From: Armatimonadota bacterium
Lineage (GTDB): Bacteria; Armatimonadota; UBA5829
Assembly (NCBI GenBank): GCA_012522555.1
Contig: JAAYKG010000158.1
Location: 1-55,838, forward strand
Reading direction: 5' to 3'
DNA: 55,838 nucleotides
The notes beneath the pieces were generated by a model, which did not search any database, was not told the origin of the DNA, and saw only the letters and a list, made by a program, of their open reading frames with translations. Shown here piece by piece: positions 53,851 to 55,838 of this stretch. Position 1 is the stretch's first letter. Each line of letters starts with the position of its first letter. The translations under genes were made by a program, and so were the position numbers.

Positions 53851-54968
53851 CGACTCGCCCTCGAGGCGGTTCTCGACACTGCCAGCAGTATCCCGACTGA
53901 GACCAAAGTGACAACAAGCGACGATCCGCCGTAGCTCATAAACGGCAGAGTAACCCCCGTGGCGGGGATAAACGAGCTGACCACGGCGACGTTGATAAGA
54001 GCCTGCAGGCCGATCATAGATGTAATCCCGACCGCCAGTAGATCGGCATACACGCTGGCCGATTTGCATCCGACATCCAATCCTTTGAATATGAAAAGCA
54101 CAAAGAGAGTGAGCAGCGCAAGCCCTCCGAGCAAGCCGGTTTCTTCACCTAGTGTAGAAAAAATAAAATCTGTCGAAGTTGCAGGGAGATATAGCTTTTC
54201 CAGCCCTTCACACAGGCCGCAGCCGAGAATATTGCCTCTGGCGAGGGCGATCAAAGAATGGACGACCTGATAACCGTCATCATATCTGTAATGCCATGGA
54301 TCAAGCCACACCTTAACCCTGTCGAGGCGATACGGAGCCACCGTGATGAGCAGCAACAGCAGCCCGCCCATACCGGCGACCACCAACGCGATATGCCGTT
54401 TTCGTGCGCCCGCTGCAATCCACATAGCAAGGCAGGTCGCCACTATAGCTAGAGCTGTCCCCAGATCGGGTTGAGCGGCTATCAAACATATCACCGCAGC
54501 CACCAGCATCAACGGCATTGCCCATCTGGAATCCAGATTGCGCAATATTTTTTTGCCCTGCGAAAAGAAATCTGCCAGATAAATCACAATGGCGAGCTTG
54601 GCCAATTCGCTTGGCTGAACGGTCAGGGGGCCGAATTTATACCATCTCAGTGCGCCGTTGACCTTTGTGCCGAACCCGTATAACCCGATAAGCAACACAA
54701 TGGACACAAGAAGCAAAGGAGCCGCTATCTTCGACAGCCAACTGAGGCGAAGCCACGAAGCAACATACATAAGCACAAGGCCGATTAGCGCGAAGACCCC
54801 CTGCCTTTTGGCGAAGTATGCCGCATCGTTGTTGGCCTGGGCGGATTCGACCGTTGTGGCAAAACTCGAGTCGTAGACCAGCCAGATGCCGACCATCACC
54901 AAAACCATCACCAACAAGACCAGCCACAAATCGATCTGGCCCGGTTTTGCGTCGGATTTTTTTCTCAC
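53847..54968 (-). CDS. ftsW: SEDS-family lipid II flippase/polymerase FtsW
   Basis: 373-aa polytopic ORF with PSELAKL, TDFIFS and GVTLPFMSYGGSS, located between murD and murG. The GTG start overlaps the murD stop (GTGA). Confidence 0.9.
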   Translation of the reverse strand: MRKKSDAKPGQIDLWLVLLVMVLVMVGIWLVYDSSFATTVESAQANNDAAYFAKRQGVFALIGLVLMYVASWLRLSWLSKIAAPLLLVSIVLLIGLYGFGTKVNGALRWYKFGPLTVQPSELAKLAIVIYLADFFSQGKKILRNLDSRWAMPLMLVAAVICLIAAQPDLGTALAIVATCLAMWIAAGARKRHIALVVAGMGGLLLLLITVAPYRLDRVKVWLDPWHYRYDDGYQVVHSLIALARGNILGCGLCEGLEKLYLPATSTDFIFSTLGEETGLLGGLALLTLFVLFIFKGLDVGCKSASVYADLLAVGITSMIGLQALINVAVVSSFIPATGVTLPFMSYGGSSLVVTLVSVGILLAVSRTASRASR

Positions 54969-55838
54969 GTCCGACCACGCTCCATTTCTGTCACGATTTG
55001 CTTAAAGGTGGTGCCGCGATGCTCGAAGTTGTCGAACATATCGAAGCTTGCAAGCCCAGGGGTCAAAACGACCACATCCCCAGGTTTTGAGAGCGTGCGT
55101 GCGAGGTAAACGGCATCGTACATAGATTCGACATCAGAAAGCTTATCGAAGTTGGCCCGGATTGCAGCATCGCGCAGCACATAAGAATCATCGCCAATCA
55201 AAATCACGTGTTTTGCCCTTCGGCTAAACGCCTCTCCGACAGGCGAAAAGTCCTGAGCATCGCCCTTGAGCTTGCCGCCTGCGATAATTATCTGCGGCCT
55301 TTCGATAGCATCGATAGAACACACCACAGCGTCAAGATTAGTACACATAGAATTGTTTATATACAATACCCCATCGATTGTGGCGACAGGCTCGAGCCTA
55401 TGCTCAACAGGAGTCATCTTCAGCACGGCGTTTCGGATGCTGTCCGGGGATGCACCAAGCAATCTCGCCCCACAGGCCGCTGCCAGCACGTTTTCTATGT
55501 TGTGTGCGCCGATCAAAGGAATCTCGTCCCTCTTGCAGATAAACTCTTCACGCCCATCGATTTTGATATATAGCTCATCGGCCCGGAGAAATCCACCCTC
55601 ATCCACTTCGGATTTAGTAGAAAATCGCAGAACTCGTCCGGCGAGTGTGGGGATCACTGACGCCGCGAGTGGGTTGTCCGCATTGACTACGGCGAAGTCT
55701 TGCGCTGTTTGATTTTCGAATATTCGGGCCTTGAGTGCGGCGTAGTTGGCAACCGATTTGTGCCGGTCGAGGTGATCGCTTGTGATATTCAGCAGCATCG
55801 CGACCTTTGGCTGAAATTTATGCACCCATTCGAGTTGA
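54965..55838 (-). CDS. murD: UDP-N-acetylmuramoylalanine--D-glutamate ligase MurD (N-terminus outside the window)
   Basis: The frame is open to the window end. It has the Mur ligase block LLNITSDHLDRH and a C-terminal domain, and sits in the dcw position upstream of ftsW. Confidence 0.85.
   Translation of the reverse strand, partial: QLEWVHKFQPKVAMLLNITSDHLDRHKSVANYAALKARIFENQTAQDFAVVNADNPLAASVIPTLAGRVLRFSTKSEVDEGGFLRADELYIKIDGREEFICKRDEIPLIGAHNIENVLAAACGARLLGASPDSIRNAVLKMTPVEHRLEPVATIDGVLYINNSMCTNLDAVVCSIDAIERPQIIIAGGKLKGDAQDFSPVGEAFSRRAKHVILIGDDSYVLRDAAIRANFDKLSDVESMYDAVYLARTLSKPGDVVVLTPGLASFDMFDNFEHRGTTFKQIVTEMERGRT

Noticed and set aside
1-55838. tRNA, rRNA, CRISPR repeats, transposases, integrases, prophage genes
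   Set aside because: I scanned the intergenic gaps (all 281 nt or shorter) and the ORF list and found no cloverleaf-like conserved T-arm sequences, no regularly spaced direct repeats and no recombinase-like ORFs. This was a visual scan only; tRNAscan-SE or CRT would be the decisive check.

Overview
This is a dense bacterial chromosomal segment, moderately GC-rich. It holds about 57 protein-coding genes, most on the minus strand, and many neighbours share 1-4 nt start/stop overlaps. I recognised no rRNA, tRNA, CRISPR array, transposase or integrase. From left to right the window contains: a GH172/DUF2961 gene fragment; an alkaline-phosphatase-superfamily enzyme; an orphan SPPY-type DNA methyltransferase; a thioredoxin-fold gene whose signal-anchor segment is cut off by one in-frame TGA followed by a SECIS-like hairpin; a four-gene ABC-2 exporter operon; a ROK kinase / xylulokinase / URO-D-like cluster; a solo HEPN gene; nucleoside hydrolase; serS; phosphomannomutase; envelope genes (NlpC/P60, Wzm/Wzt, RodA); trm112-aroQ-pepP; two M16 peptidases; and a DUF6485-like gene with nth. 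Next comes a tightly coupled nurA-herA-mre11(sbcD)-rad50(sbcC) operon at 27558..34149, which I consider the most unusual system in the window. After it lie a 950-aa GH20-like protein, an EEP phosphoesterase, gpsA, alr, an ECF sigma / anti-sigma / HtrA module with two matching GGAAC-N17-CGT promoter motifs, and mscS. The window ends with the distal part of a dcw cluster: murD-ftsW-murG-(murC::murB fusion)-ddl-ftsQ-DUF881-sbp-ftsA-ftsZ. The DUF881+sbp layout resembles Firmicutes/Terrabacteria-type dcw clusters; this is inference only and no taxonomic assignment is possible from here. All functional calls rest on motifs I read in the translated ORFs. No database search was run.
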